In this document: positions 37,986 to 47,359 of the stretch, in pieces | Layout of the letters: each line of letters opens with the position of its first letter | How positions within the stretch are numbered: the stretch's first letter is position 1 | Notes under the pieces: model-generated | The model's input: the letters and a program-made list of their open reading frames with translations, nothing else | What the model was told of the DNA's origin: nothing | The model's database searches: none | Made by a program: the position numbers and the translations under genes | Source: an uncultured Lachnospiraceae bacterium | GTDB lineage: Bacteria; Bacillota; Clostridia; Lachnospirales; Lachnospiraceae | Length of the DNA: 64,000 nt | Assembly (NCBI GenBank): GCA_944383545.1 | Contig: CALWPY010000003.1 | Coordinates: forward strand, 175,698 to 239,697 | Reading direction: 5' to 3'

Positions 37986-39010
37986 TACTTATCCTCATCT
38001 TCCTCACCGGCTGATGAAACAATTCCTGCCTTTTCACGTACCTGTACTTCTATTTCTTTGCATATTTCAGGATTTCCTTTTAAGAAAATTTTGGCATTTT
38101 CTCTTCCCTGACCGATTTTTTCTCCCTTATATGCATACCATGCTCCTGATTTATTAACAATATCATAAAGCACTGCAAGGTCAAGAATATCCCCTTCTTT
38201 GGATATACCTTTTCCAAACATAATATCAAACTCAGCTTCCTTAAACGGAGGAGCCACCTTATTTTTAACAACCTTTACCCTTGTCCTGTTTCCTACTACT
38301 TCTCCTCCTGCCTTAAGAGTTTCTATTCTCCTTACATCGAGCCTTACGGAAGCATAAAACTTAAGTGCACGTCCGCCGGTTGTAGTTTCAGGATTTCCAA
38401 ACATAACTCCTACTTTTTCACGGAGCTGGTTTATAAATATTACCACACAGTTTGTCTTGCTTATAACTGCCGTAAGCTTTCTTAAAGCCTGTGACATAAG
38501 TCTTGCATGAAGTCCCACATGGCTGTCTCCCATCTCTCCGTCAATTTCAGCCTTTGGAACAAGTGCAGCAACTGAATCCACAATAATTACGTCCACCGCT
38601 CCCGAACGTACCATTGTTTCAGTAATTTCAAGTGCCTGTTCTCCATTGTCAGGCTGTGATATATATAAATTGTCAATATCCACTCCTATATTCCCCGCAT
38701 ACACAGGGTCAAGAGCATGCTCAGCATCTATAAATCCTGCTATTCCGCCCAGCTTCTGCACTTCTGCAACAACATGCAGGGCAACTGTAGTCTTACCACT
38801 GGATTCAGGTCCGTAAATCTCAATTATTCGTCCCTTTGGCATACCTCCGAGCCCAAGGGCAATATCCAGACTGAGTGAGCCTGTAGGAACAACTTCAATA
38901 TTCATATTTGACGAACTGTCTCCAAGCTTCATAACAGAGCCTTTACCATACTGCTTCTCTATCTGTGCCAAGGCAGCATCCAGTGCCTTAATTTTTTCTT
39001 CACTTGCCAT
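37985..39010 (-). CDS. recA: Recombinase RecA
   Basis: Walker [10 protein letters not shown]. At 341 aa it aligns by eye to RecA along its full length. Confidence 0.97.
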   Translation of the reverse strand: MASEEKIKALDAALAQIEKQYGKGSVMKLGDSSSNMNIEVVPTGSLSLDIALGLGGMPKGRIIEIYGPESSGKTTVALHVVAEVQKLGGIAGFIDAEHALDPVYAGNIGVDIDNLYISQPDNGEQALEITETMVRSGAVDVIIVDSVAALVPKAEIDGEMGDSHVGLHARLMSQALRKLTAVISKTNCVVIFINQLREKVGVMFGNPETTTGGRALKFYASVRLDVRRIETLKAGGEVVGNRTRVKVVKNKVAPPFKEAEFDIMFGKGISKEGDILDLAVLYDIVNKSGAWYAYKGEKIGQGRENAKIFLKGNPEICKEIEVQVREKAGIVSSAGEEDEDK

Positions 39011-39025
39011 AATATCCTCCTCAAT

Positions 39026-39039
39026 AAAACATATGTTCG
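39026..39039 (-). promoter_or_regulatory. LexA (Cheo/DinR) box in the recA leader
   Basis: The minus strand reads CGAACATATGTTTT against the Firmicute consensus CGAACnnnnGTTCG (12/14). It lies just downstream of the recA promoter. Confidence 0.7.
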
Positions 39040-39052
39040 TTTTTCTGATATC

Positions 39053-39082
39053 ATATTAATATATTAATTAAAATCTGTCAAC
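39053..39082 (-). promoter_or_regulatory. Sigma-A-type promoter for recA
   Basis: On the minus strand: TTGACA (39082-39077), an 18-nt spacer, then TAATAT (39058-39053). Confidence 0.55.
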
Positions 39083-39275
39083 AGTTTTAATTAAAAATAT
39101 ATGATGTAAACTTTATATAAAATATGCCCTATCAGTATAACATAAGTTTTATTTCAGGTCAGTAAAAATAATGCTCAAATTGTTTGCATTTTTGATTTAA
39201 TATAATTATATTAGTGTTATATAATTATTCCGTTTGGAACTCATATACTCTGATTAAAGAAAGGTGCAGATAATT

Positions 39276-40517
39276 ATGTCAACCATTGGAATCATAGCAG
39301 AATATAATCCTTTTCATAACGGCCACCTCTATATGCTTAACAAAGCAAAGGAAATTACCGGCGCAGAGCATTCCATATGCGTTATGAGCGGTAATTTTAT
39401 GCAAAGAGGAATACCGGCCCTTGCTGATAAGTATTCAAGAGCATATGCCGCATGCAAATCAGGTATAGATGTATGCTTTGAGCTTCCGGTAATATATGCT
39501 ACCGGAGCCGCAGGTGATTTTGCCCTGGGAGCAGTTTCCATGCTAAACAGGCTTAACTGTGTGGATTATCTTTGTTTTGGTGCTGAAACCGACGATTTAG
39601 AACTTTTTAAAAAAATTACTGATATACTCTTTGAAGAACCTGAAGAATATACATCTTTGTTAAAAGAAAAACTTAAAAACGGAGCTTCATATCCCTCTGC
39701 CAGAGCGGAAAGTCTCTCCGTACTATGCGGAAAAAATGCTGCCGATATTATTTCTATGCCAAATAATATTCTTGCAATAGAATATCTCCTTGCATTAAAG
39801 AAAACAAAATCAGATATTATCCCGGTAATAATAAAAAGAAAATCAGCCATGTATCATGATAAAAAAATCTCCGGGGATATCAGCTCTGCCACTGCCATAA
39901 GGGAGGCACTTTTAAATGATGAAAATATTGACTTTTCCATACCGGATGGAGCTTACTTTGCGCTGTCAGAGTTTTTTTCACATCCCATTCTTACTTCATC
40001 AGACCTTGAGCCGTATATTTCATATATTATTTCCATACTAAAATCTAATGGAAGGGCTTTACTTTCATCCGACCTGAAGTCAGTTTACGGCAATATAGCG
40101 GATATGAGCGAAGAAATGATGAACAGGCTTATAAAATGTCCATTGCCTGCTTCATATGATGAAATATGCTGTTATCTTAAAACAAGAAACATTACACTTA
40201 CCAGAGTATGCCGCGCCCTTATTCATCTTGTACTTAACATGACTGACTCAGACAAAAAAATGGTTATGGAAAACGGAACTATTTACTATGCCAACCTGCT
40301 TTCGTTTAGAAAAGAGGCTTCAGTAGTTATAAAAAGGGCGTCCGAATCAGACATGCCCATAATAACAAAAAATGCGGATTACATTCCTCAAAACAAAGCG
40401 GCACAAATCATGAGAAGCTACGATTTACTCGCTTCAGAACTTTATAATTCCATGTATTACAGAAAAACGGGAATTAAACTTCCAAATGAATATAAGACTA
40501 ATCCGCTTATTGCCTGA
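39276..40517 (+). CDS. tmcAL: tRNA(Met) cytidine acetate ligase TmcAL (YlbM/UPF0348 nucleotidyltransferase)
   Basis: IIAEYNPFHNGH motif and the ylb-cluster neighbourhood. I prefer the ATG at 39276 to the GTG at 39264, which abuts the SD. Confidence 0.8.
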   Translation: MSTIGIIAEYNPFHNGHLYMLNKAKEITGAEHSICVMSGNFMQRGIPALADKYSRAYAACKSGIDVCFELPVIYATGAAGDFALGAVSMLNRLNCVDYLCFGAETDDLELFKKITDILFEEPEEYTSLLKEKLKNGASYPSARAESLSVLCGKNAADIISMPNNILAIEYLLALKKTKSDIIPVIIKRKSAMYHDKKISGDISSATAIREALLNDENIDFSIPDGAYFALSEFFSHPILTSSDLEPYISYIISILKSNGRALLSSDLKSVYGNIADMSEEMMNRLIKCPLPASYDEICCYLKTRNITLTRVCRALIHLVLNMTDSDKKMVMENGTIYYANLLSFRKEASVVIKRASESDMPIITKNADYIPQNKAAQIMRSYDLLASELYNSMYYRKTGIKLPNEYKTNPLIA

Positions 40518-40581
40518 TTAACTGTTAATGACATATTTTTCTTTTCCCACAATATAATTATAAAAAAGATTTTATTATCCT

Positions 40582-41481
40582 ATGATTTCTTTTTTATGTG
40601 TATTGTTAATAATTTTTCTTATAATATTCAGGGACACTGCAATAGACGGTGCTCTTTCCGGTCTTATGATTTGGTATCAGTGCGTGGTGCCTGTACTCCT
40701 TCCGTTTATTCTGATATCAAATGTCTTTGTAAATAATTACAGGAAAAATATAAATTTAAGTCATTCCGGACAAAACGAATTAAAGGCTGTTATTTCAACC
40801 GTATTTCTGGGGCTTTTGTGCGGATATCCCATAGGAGCAAAGACAGGAGCAGAACTTCTTAAAAGCGGAGCATATGACAAAAAAACACTCACTCTTCTAC
40901 TTCCACTCTGCAACAATGCCAGTCCCATGTTTATTGCCGGATATATACATAAGCAGGTCATGCTTGAATCAATTCCCTTAAGCAAACTTTTCCTTGCCAT
41001 ATATTTACCGTATTTTTTATTTTTCATTCCGGTAATATTAAAATTAATTAAACATAAAAATCATGACAAAGTATTGGATAAAAAGATAAATCCGACAGAT
41101 TTTTCTAAAAAACATGAAACAAAATCCGAAAACAGTGAATTACTTTTAAGCAGTTTAAGACAAATTACAATAATCGGAATATACATTATGATATTTTCGA
41201 TTTTTCTTGAATTTATAATCAACTTAAATCTTGATAATACTGCTATAAAGTCAGCCGGTGCATTTCTGGAGATAACACGCGGCACAGATTTTGCTTCAGG
41301 GCTTGACCTTCCTTTAAAAACAAAAACAGCCCTGATTACTTCCATAACTTCATTTGGCGGTATATCTGCAATATACCAGACAAATGAAGTCATAAAAGAT
41401 TCAGGGCTTAGTATTATTCATTATACAATTCTTAAAACGCTCGGAGGTTTTTTGAGCGGTATTTTGATATACATGTTTTAG
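40582..41481 (+). CDS. ylbJ: YlbJ-like sporulation integral membrane protein (nucleoside-recognition-domain type)
   Basis: Polytopic protein with an N-terminal GLMIWYQCVVPVLLPFILISN pattern. It is syntenic with tmcAL/coaD/rsmD as in the Bacillus ylb cluster. It is shorter than B. subtilis YlbJ. Confidence 0.55.
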   Translation: MISFLCVLLIIFLIIFRDTAIDGALSGLMIWYQCVVPVLLPFILISNVFVNNYRKNINLSHSGQNELKAVISTVFLGLLCGYPIGAKTGAELLKSGAYDKKTLTLLLPLCNNASPMFIAGYIHKQVMLESIPLSKLFLAIYLPYFLFFIPVILKLIKHKNHDKVLDKKINPTDFSKKHETKSENSELLLSSLRQITIIGIYIMIFSIFLEFIINLNLDNTAIKSAGAFLEITRGTDFASGLDLPLKTKTALITSITSFGGISAIYQTNEVIKDSGLSIIHYTILKTLGGFLSGILIYMF

Positions 41482-42195
41482 CTACTCGTCAAGGAAGTCG
41501 TCATCATCCTCTTCATCATAGTAGTCTTCGTCATCATCTTCTTCATCATCATATGACTGACTGTCACTAACAGAAACATTATCAAATGCACTGTCATTTT
41601 CAGGCTCGGAATAATCCTCTTCATAAGCCGCATTATTTCCTGTCAGAAGATTAATATTTGCATCCATCTCACTCATGTTAGTATCAATAGTAAAAATATT
41701 GTTTTCAAGACTTTCCACAAGATTTCTGTAATGCTCTCTGTCAGCCTCAAGAGTTGATGCGAAGAAATTCCTCATATCATTTAACTTATCCTTGGTATAA
41801 TACATGGCACCGAGTCTTATTTCTGTTGCCTCGGCAGACGCATCATCAACTATCTGCTGCGCCTGTGCACGTGCCATATCCAGAATTTCATTGGCTCTTA
41901 TATTTGCAAGCTCCGTAATTTTATGCTGGTCTACAAGTCTGTTAGCTTCATTAACAGACTCAGAAATAATTGCATCAGAACGTGTTCTTGCATCCGCAAG
42001 AATAGCTTCCTTATTTCTCATTATCTTCTTGCATCTTTCTATTTCACTAGGAAGCTTAAGCTTAAGTTCATTAAGCATTGATTCGATTTCATCTTTAGGA
42101 ACAATGATTTTATTTGAAGAAAGCGGCTGATATTTACAATTATCTATAAACATGCCGATTTCGTTAATCATTTCTTCCACGCCTTTTTTACCCAT
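41482..42195 (-). CDS. Hypothetical coiled-coil protein with a poly-acidic C-terminal tail
   Basis: A helical, Ala/Glu/Arg-rich core resembles ATPase subunit b/H-like coiled coils. The tail reads DDEEDDDEDYYDEEDDDDFLDE. No catalytic motif is visible. Confidence 0.5.
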   Translation of the reverse strand: MGKKGVEEMINEIGMFIDNCKYQPLSSNKIIVPKDEIESMLNELKLKLPSEIERCKKIMRNKEAILADARTRSDAIISESVNEANRLVDQHKITELANIRANEILDMARAQAQQIVDDASAEATEIRLGAMYYTKDKLNDMRNFFASTLEADREHYRNLVESLENNIFTIDTNMSEMDANINLLTGNNAAYEEDYSEPENDSAFDNVSVSDSQSYDDEEDDDEDYYDEEDDDDFLDE

Positions 42196-42207
42196 TTTTG
42201 TTTCCTC

Positions 42208-42714
42208 CTAAGGTTTTAAGTTACTTTTTACATTTAATTTCTCTTCAAGCTTTGGCAAAACATTTTCAGGCACAAATTCTTTAACGGACACGCCATAACT
42301 TGCATATTCTTTTACTACACTTGAGCTAAGACACGAGTATTCAAGGCTTGTAGATAAAAATAAGGTATCTATATCAGGCGCTACCATTCTGTTGCTCTGT
42401 GCCATCTGAAGCTCAATATCAAAATCAGCCAGCGCCCTTAAGCCCCTAATTATAACTTTTGAATCATTAGCTTTAACAAAATCAACGAGAAGTCCCTCAA
42501 AGGACTCAACCGTCACATTAGGTATATCTTTTGTTGCTTCTTTCAACATATTAACACGTTCTTCCAAAGAAAACAATGGAGATTTTTTTTCGGAATTGTT
42601 TAATACGCCTATTACCAGTCTGTCAAAAATAGCCGCAGACCTTTTTATAATATCATAATGTCCCATAGTTACAGGATCAAAACTGCCCGGATAAACTGCT
42701 GTTTTCATTTTCAT
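42208..42714 (-). CDS. coaD: Pantetheine-phosphate adenylyltransferase
   Basis: [15 protein letters not shown] motif. 4-nt overlap with rsmD. Confidence 0.95.
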   Translation of the reverse strand: MKMKTAVYPGSFDPVTMGHYDIIKRSAAIFDRLVIGVLNNSEKKSPLFSLEERVNMLKEATKDIPNVTVESFEGLLVDFVKANDSKVIIRGLRALADFDIELQMAQSNRMVAPDIDTLFLSTSLEYSCLSSSVVKEYASYGVSVKEFVPENVLPKLEEKLNVKSNLKP

Positions 42715-43262
42715 ATGTCCTTTTTATACATAAATATATGTTTATTTGTCTTATACTCTTTAATCTTATAAATTTCAAAGCCGTAATCCGAAACATAATC
42801 AAAGTTTTCATATAAATCGGCTTCAATAATTACGGTTGTGTCTTTTAAAAATTTCTTATTTGAAAGCACATACAGTGCATCTTTTTCCAAGCCTTTTTTA
42901 TATGGAGGGTCCATAAATATAATATCAAAATCAACATCTTTAAGACTGTTTAAATATGATATTACATCTGCTGTTATTACATCAGCTTTATCAGAAAACT
43001 TAGTAAATTTAAGGTTTTCCTCTATACAAGACACTGCTCTTCTGTTATTTTCCACAAACTTACAATGACTTGCCCCTCTTGACAGAGCTTCTATTCCTAT
43101 TGCCCCGCTTCCTGCAAATAAATCCAGAAAAAGTGCTCCCGGAATTTCAGGCATGATTATATTAAAAAGAGTTTCCTTTATTCTGTCAGTAGTAGGTCTG
43201 GTGTCCATACCATCAATTGTCTTTAATGGAAGGCTTCTTGCAATTCCTGCAATTACTCTCAT
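42711..43262 (-). CDS. rsmD: 16S rRNA (guanine966-N2)-methyltransferase RsmD
   Basis: SAM motif [18 protein letters not shown] and a DPPY motif. Confidence 0.9.
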   Translation of the reverse strand: MRVIAGIARSLPLKTIDGMDTRPTTDRIKETLFNIIMPEIPGALFLDLFAGSGAIGIEALSRGASHCKFVENNRRAVSCIEENLKFTKFSDKADVITADVISYLNSLKDVDFDIIFMDPPYKKGLEKDALYVLSNKKFLKDTTVIIEADLYENFDYVSDYGFEIYKIKEYKTNKHIFMYKKDI

Positions 43263-43322
43263 TTTACATTACCTCACCCATTATTTTTAATATAAATTTA
43301 ATATTTTGTCAATATTTACTGT

Positions 43323-44906
43323 CTAATTATCACCTTTTATTTGGTTTTTAAGCCATATTCCTGTTTCTGAGAGTTCATCATCGGTCCAATCCGAAGTTTT
43401 ACTGCAGCCCGATTTAATAAGTGCCGAAGTTTCGTCTTTGTTGGATATATTCCATCCTGCATATGAGAGATTATATTCATCAATTAAGTCAAACCACTTA
43501 TCTGCCTGGTCATAATCTATATTTCCGTTACCCGAAGCATCACAAATGCTGAATTCACTTACAAACATCGGCAGACCCGCTTCCCTGGCGGTTTTCACCT
43601 TGTTTCTTATGTTATCTGTATGGGTTGCCGCATAAAAATGCACTGCATACATAATGTTGTCATATCCTTCTATCGGGTCTTCTGCCGCAATATCCACATC
43701 CTGGGACCATGTAGGAGTTCCTACTATAATGATTGCATCTTCATCATTTGCCCTTATAACAGGTATTACCTCCTCAGCATAGCTCTTTACATCAGACCAT
43801 GAAGTTCCTCCGTTAGGCTCATTACATATTTCATATATTACATTTTCATAATCCTTATATCTGGCAGACATTTCATCAAAGAAGCTTATCGCCTCATCCT
43901 TATAGGTGAGCGGAGTCTGTTCGTTTAAAACATGCCAGTCAATAATTACATACATTCCCAGCTCCGTGGCATAATCCACACCCTGATTAACAAGATTTTT
44001 AAGTTCATCTTTGTTTCCGTCGGTACAATATCCGCCATTTTCATATGTATACATTGCAATTCTTATGAGATTTGCATCCCAGTCATCTCTGAATGTCTGA
44101 AATGCTTCTTTATTTACATATTCAGGAAACCATGAAATACCATGTGTGCTGACACCCTTAAGCTGATATTTATTTCCGTTTTCATCTACTATATCTGTAC
44201 CCTGAACAAAAAGCTTTCCGTGATTTTCCACAGGTGTTCCGCTTTCAGGCTCTGCAGGTACAGAAGGCTCCGTTTGATTACTTTCCGTTTTTTCTTCTTC
44301 GGTATCACTCTCTGCCGTAACCGTATATTCTTCACCATTTACATAAAGTTTAACCTTACCCAATGCATTATCTATGATTTCCTCTGAATCTGCCGTAACA
44401 ATAAATCCGAAATTAATGTTTTGATTTGCATAAATTGTTTCATTATAATCTACGGAAGTTATATGAAGAACATTATCATTTATTTCATATGTACCGTTCC
44501 AGTTACTGTCCAATGTAAAATCTGAAGCAAAATCTACACGCACTTCCCAATCTGATATATCTTCATCACTGTCATTGTAAATATAACCGTCCAGCTGACA
44601 TGAATATTTTCCGTTATTATCCCAACCGTTTCCTTTGGTAAGCTCAACATAGCAAAGCGTTTTAATATTTTCTTCAGTATCAGCTTCTTCCTCTGTATCA
44701 CTGTCCGCATCTTCCGGTGTAGCCGTATCAGTTGTTACTTCTTCTGTAGTTCCATTATCCTTTTTGTCACTGTTTCTTCCTGTTATAAGTATCACGGAAA
44801 GAACAGCTACTGCTGCCACAAGAAGAATTATTATGGCAATCATAATTTTTGTGCTCTTTGTCATTTTTTTTACATCTTTTTCCATTTCATCTTTATTTTC
44901 TTTCAT
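43323..44906 (-). CDS. Membrane-anchored GH5 endoglucanase (cellulase) with an intervening CBM-like module
   Basis: TM anchor IMIAIIILLVAAVAVLSVILI, then an acidic T/E/D linker. A W/N/G-rich beta module ends in NINFGFIV. The GH5 core has acid/base ICNEPNG and nucleophile FVSEFS. Start set at the ATG at 44906, 7 nt after a GGGGA SD. Confidence 0.8.
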   Translation of the reverse strand: MKENKDEMEKDVKKMTKSTKIMIAIIILLVAAVAVLSVILITGRNSDKKDNGTTEEVTTDTATPEDADSDTEEEADTEENIKTLCYVELTKGNGWDNNGKYSCQLDGYIYNDSDEDISDWEVRVDFASDFTLDSNWNGTYEINDNVLHITSVDYNETIYANQNINFGFIVTADSEEIIDNALGKVKLYVNGEEYTVTAESDTEEEKTESNQTEPSVPAEPESGTPVENHGKLFVQGTDIVDENGNKYQLKGVSTHGISWFPEYVNKEAFQTFRDDWDANLIRIAMYTYENGGYCTDGNKDELKNLVNQGVDYATELGMYVIIDWHVLNEQTPLTYKDEAISFFDEMSARYKDYENVIYEICNEPNGGTSWSDVKSYAEEVIPVIRANDEDAIIIVGTPTWSQDVDIAAEDPIEGYDNIMYAVHFYAATHTDNIRNKVKTAREAGLPMFVSEFSICDASGNGNIDYDQADKWFDLIDEYNLSYAGWNISNKDETSALIKSGCSKTSDWTDDELSETGIWLKNQIKGDN

Positions 44907-45000
44907 TACCATTCCCCTTAATTTAAATTTTTGCAAATCCTCATATTTTATACACTCGAACAATCTGTGTAAAATATGACAGGAAATGCTTTTATTTCTA

Positions 45001-45029
45001 GTGTATTATTTTTTTACTGACGCATACTA
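45001..45029 (+). promoter_or_regulatory. Candidate forespore (sigma-G/F-type) promoter for the SASP gene
   Basis: CATACTA at 45023-45029 matches the sigma-G -10 consensus CATnnTA. GTGTA lies 17 nt upstream and is a weaker -35 match. Confidence 0.4.
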
Positions 45030-45089
45030 TGAGTGTACCAAGAAAAACAACATGGTGCAATAAAAAATTCTTAACGGAGGGTTAAAAGT

Positions 45090-45287
45090 ATGAGTAGAAA
45101 TTCATCAAGCGTACCTGAAGCAAAGAGTGCTTTAGACAAATTCAAGTTTGAAGTTGCCAACGAATTAGGTGTACCTTTAACTAACGGTTATAATGGTAAC
45201 CTTACTTCAAAACAGAACGGTTCTGTAGGCGGATATATGGTTAAAAAGATGATTGAGGCTCAGGAGCGTCAGATGTCAGGAATGTAA
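45090..45287 (+). CDS. ssp: Small acid-soluble spore protein, alpha/beta type
   Basis: 65 aa containing KFEVANELGV and GSVGGYMVKKMIE, both conserved SASP blocks. A GGAGGG SD is present. Confidence 0.9.
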   Translation: MSRNSSSVPEAKSALDKFKFEVANELGVPLTNGYNGNLTSKQNGSVGGYMVKKMIEAQERQMSGM

Positions 45288-45310
45288 CCTGAAGTCGTCA
45301 TAAAATATCC

Positions 45311-45338
45311 GAGGGTTAAGGAATATCCCTTAACCCTC
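45311..45338. terminator. Bidirectional terminator between ssp and recG
   Basis: GAGGGTTAAGG / CCTTAACCCTC 11-bp stem. Confidence 0.75.
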
Positions 45339-45346
45339 CATACATA

Positions 45347-47359
45347 TCATAATATACTTAAAGGCACAGATTTGTTTTCGGTATCTTCAAAAATATTTTC
45401 ATATTTAAAAATAACCTCCTGGGCCTTTTTTAGCATATCTGCATGATTATAAATATCTGCAAGCTTAAACATAAATTCTCCGCTCTGCCTTATTCCAAAA
45501 AAATCACCCGGACCACGCAGTTTAAGGTCTTCAGAAGCAATATAAAATCCGTCATTTGAATTTTTCAAAACCATTAAACGCTCAGTTGATTCTTTTGATT
45601 TTTTACCATTTATAAAAATACAGTATGACTGCTCACTGCCTCGTCCTACTCTTCCTCTCAGCTGATGCAGCTGTGCCAGACCGAAGCGCTCTGAATTTTC
45701 AATCATCATAACGGTTGCATTTGGATTATTTATTCCAACCTCAATTACAGTAGTTGAAACAAGAACATCCGTTTCACGGTTTACAAACTCCTGTAATATT
45801 TCATTTTTTTCTTCATTACTCATTTTACCATGAAGATATCTGACTCTTACCGAATCACCATAATATCCCTTCATCTTTTCAGCATATTCAATTACATTTT
45901 CTGCGTCCAGTACTTCACTTTCTTCTACTAAAGGGCAAATCACATATGCCTGATGCCCCTTTTTAACCTCAGATAAAATAAAATTATAGGAGGTCCTTCT
46001 GTATTCCGTACCAACTACACAGTTTTTTATCGGTATTCTTCCCTTTGGAAGCTCATCGATTATGGATATATCCAGGTCTGCATACATAATAATTGCAAGC
46101 GTTCTCGGAATAGGGGTTGCACTCATAACCAGCATATGAGGGAAATTTCCTTTTTCAGAAAGCTTCTTTCTCTGCCTTACGCCGAATCTGTGCTGTTCAT
46201 CAGTTATTACCAGACCTAAGTCGTGATACTCCACACCCTCCTGAATAAGTGCATGTGTACCTATTATTATATCAATCTCATGATTTTTTAATTTTTCATA
46301 TATCTTTCTTTTTTCTTTCACAGGAGTTGCTCCCGTTAGACATTCCACGGCTATGTTATAAGGCTGAAACACCTTCTTTAAATCATTGAAATGCTGATAT
46401 GCCAGTACTTCGGTAGGCACCATCAGCGCTCCCTGCCAGCCCGAAATTACAGTCACGTAAAGGGCAGCAGCCGCAACTATGGTTTTCCCTGAGCCTACAT
46501 CCCCCTGAAGCAGTCTGTTCATTATACTGTCCGATTTCATATCCTCATATATTTCGTTAACGGACCTCTTCTGGGCATCAGTAAGCTTAAAAGGAAGATT
46601 ATTAATAAATCCAGTCAGTTTCTCATAAATATCAGGGTTTACTTTATGCGTACTGAATATTACGGCATTTTCCTTTTTAATCTTACGCATTTCATATAAA
46701 AAACTCAAAAATTCATCAAATGCCATACGTTTTATTGCACGCACAAGGTTTTCTTCATCCTTTGGAAAATGCATATTATAAAGTGCCTTATTTCTCGGCA
46801 TGAGTTCATACTCATTTCTCACCTCTACCGTAAGGTAATCCTCTGTATTCTGAATAACTTCTACGGCACCCTTAACAGCCTTCTGAAAAGTCTTGTTTGA
46901 AAGTCCGTGTGTGAGAGGATAAACAGGCTGCCATACCTTAGTCATTTCTTTATATTTTTCGAGGGTATAATATTCAGGCATGTCCATGACACGCATATTA
47001 TTTTTTATTTTAATTTCACCCACAAATATAAAGGTGTCCCCTTTATGAAATACGTTTTTCATAAAAGGACTGTTAAACCAGGTAATTCTTACAGACCCGG
47101 TTGCATCTCTGACAGAAACAGAGGTAATGGTCAGATTTCTCACCTTTTTTACCTCCGGATGCGAGACAATAATTGCCATTATGGCATGTCTTTCACCATC
47201 AGAAGCCGAAGCTATATCCACCGGCTCTTCATATGTCACATATTTCCTTGGATATGTATATATAAGGTCTGATATTTTATAAATCCCTATATGATGAAAG
47301 AGGTCAGAAGTTTTCTGACCTATTCCTTTAATACTTGTAATATTATCTTCTAAATTCAT
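45347..47359 (-). CDS. recG: ATP-dependent DNA helicase RecG
   Basis: Wedge domain plus the helicase motifs GDVGSGKT and DEQHRFG. Confidence 0.95.
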   Translation of the reverse strand: MNLEDNITSIKGIGQKTSDLFHHIGIYKISDLIYTYPRKYVTYEEPVDIASASDGERHAIMAIIVSHPEVKKVRNLTITSVSVRDATGSVRITWFNSPFMKNVFHKGDTFIFVGEIKIKNNMRVMDMPEYYTLEKYKEMTKVWQPVYPLTHGLSNKTFQKAVKGAVEVIQNTEDYLTVEVRNEYELMPRNKALYNMHFPKDEENLVRAIKRMAFDEFLSFLYEMRKIKKENAVIFSTHKVNPDIYEKLTGFINNLPFKLTDAQKRSVNEIYEDMKSDSIMNRLLQGDVGSGKTIVAAAALYVTVISGWQGALMVPTEVLAYQHFNDLKKVFQPYNIAVECLTGATPVKEKRKIYEKLKNHEIDIIIGTHALIQEGVEYHDLGLVITDEQHRFGVRQRKKLSEKGNFPHMLVMSATPIPRTLAIIMYADLDISIIDELPKGRIPIKNCVVGTEYRRTSYNFILSEVKKGHQAYVICPLVEESEVLDAENVIEYAEKMKGYYGDSVRVRYLHGKMSNEEKNEILQEFVNRETDVLVSTTVIEVGINNPNATVMMIENSERFGLAQLHQLRGRVGRGSEQSYCIFINGKKSKESTERLMVLKNSNDGFYIASEDLKLRGPGDFFGIRQSGEFMFKLADIYNHADMLKKAQEVIFKYENIFEDTENKSVPLSIL

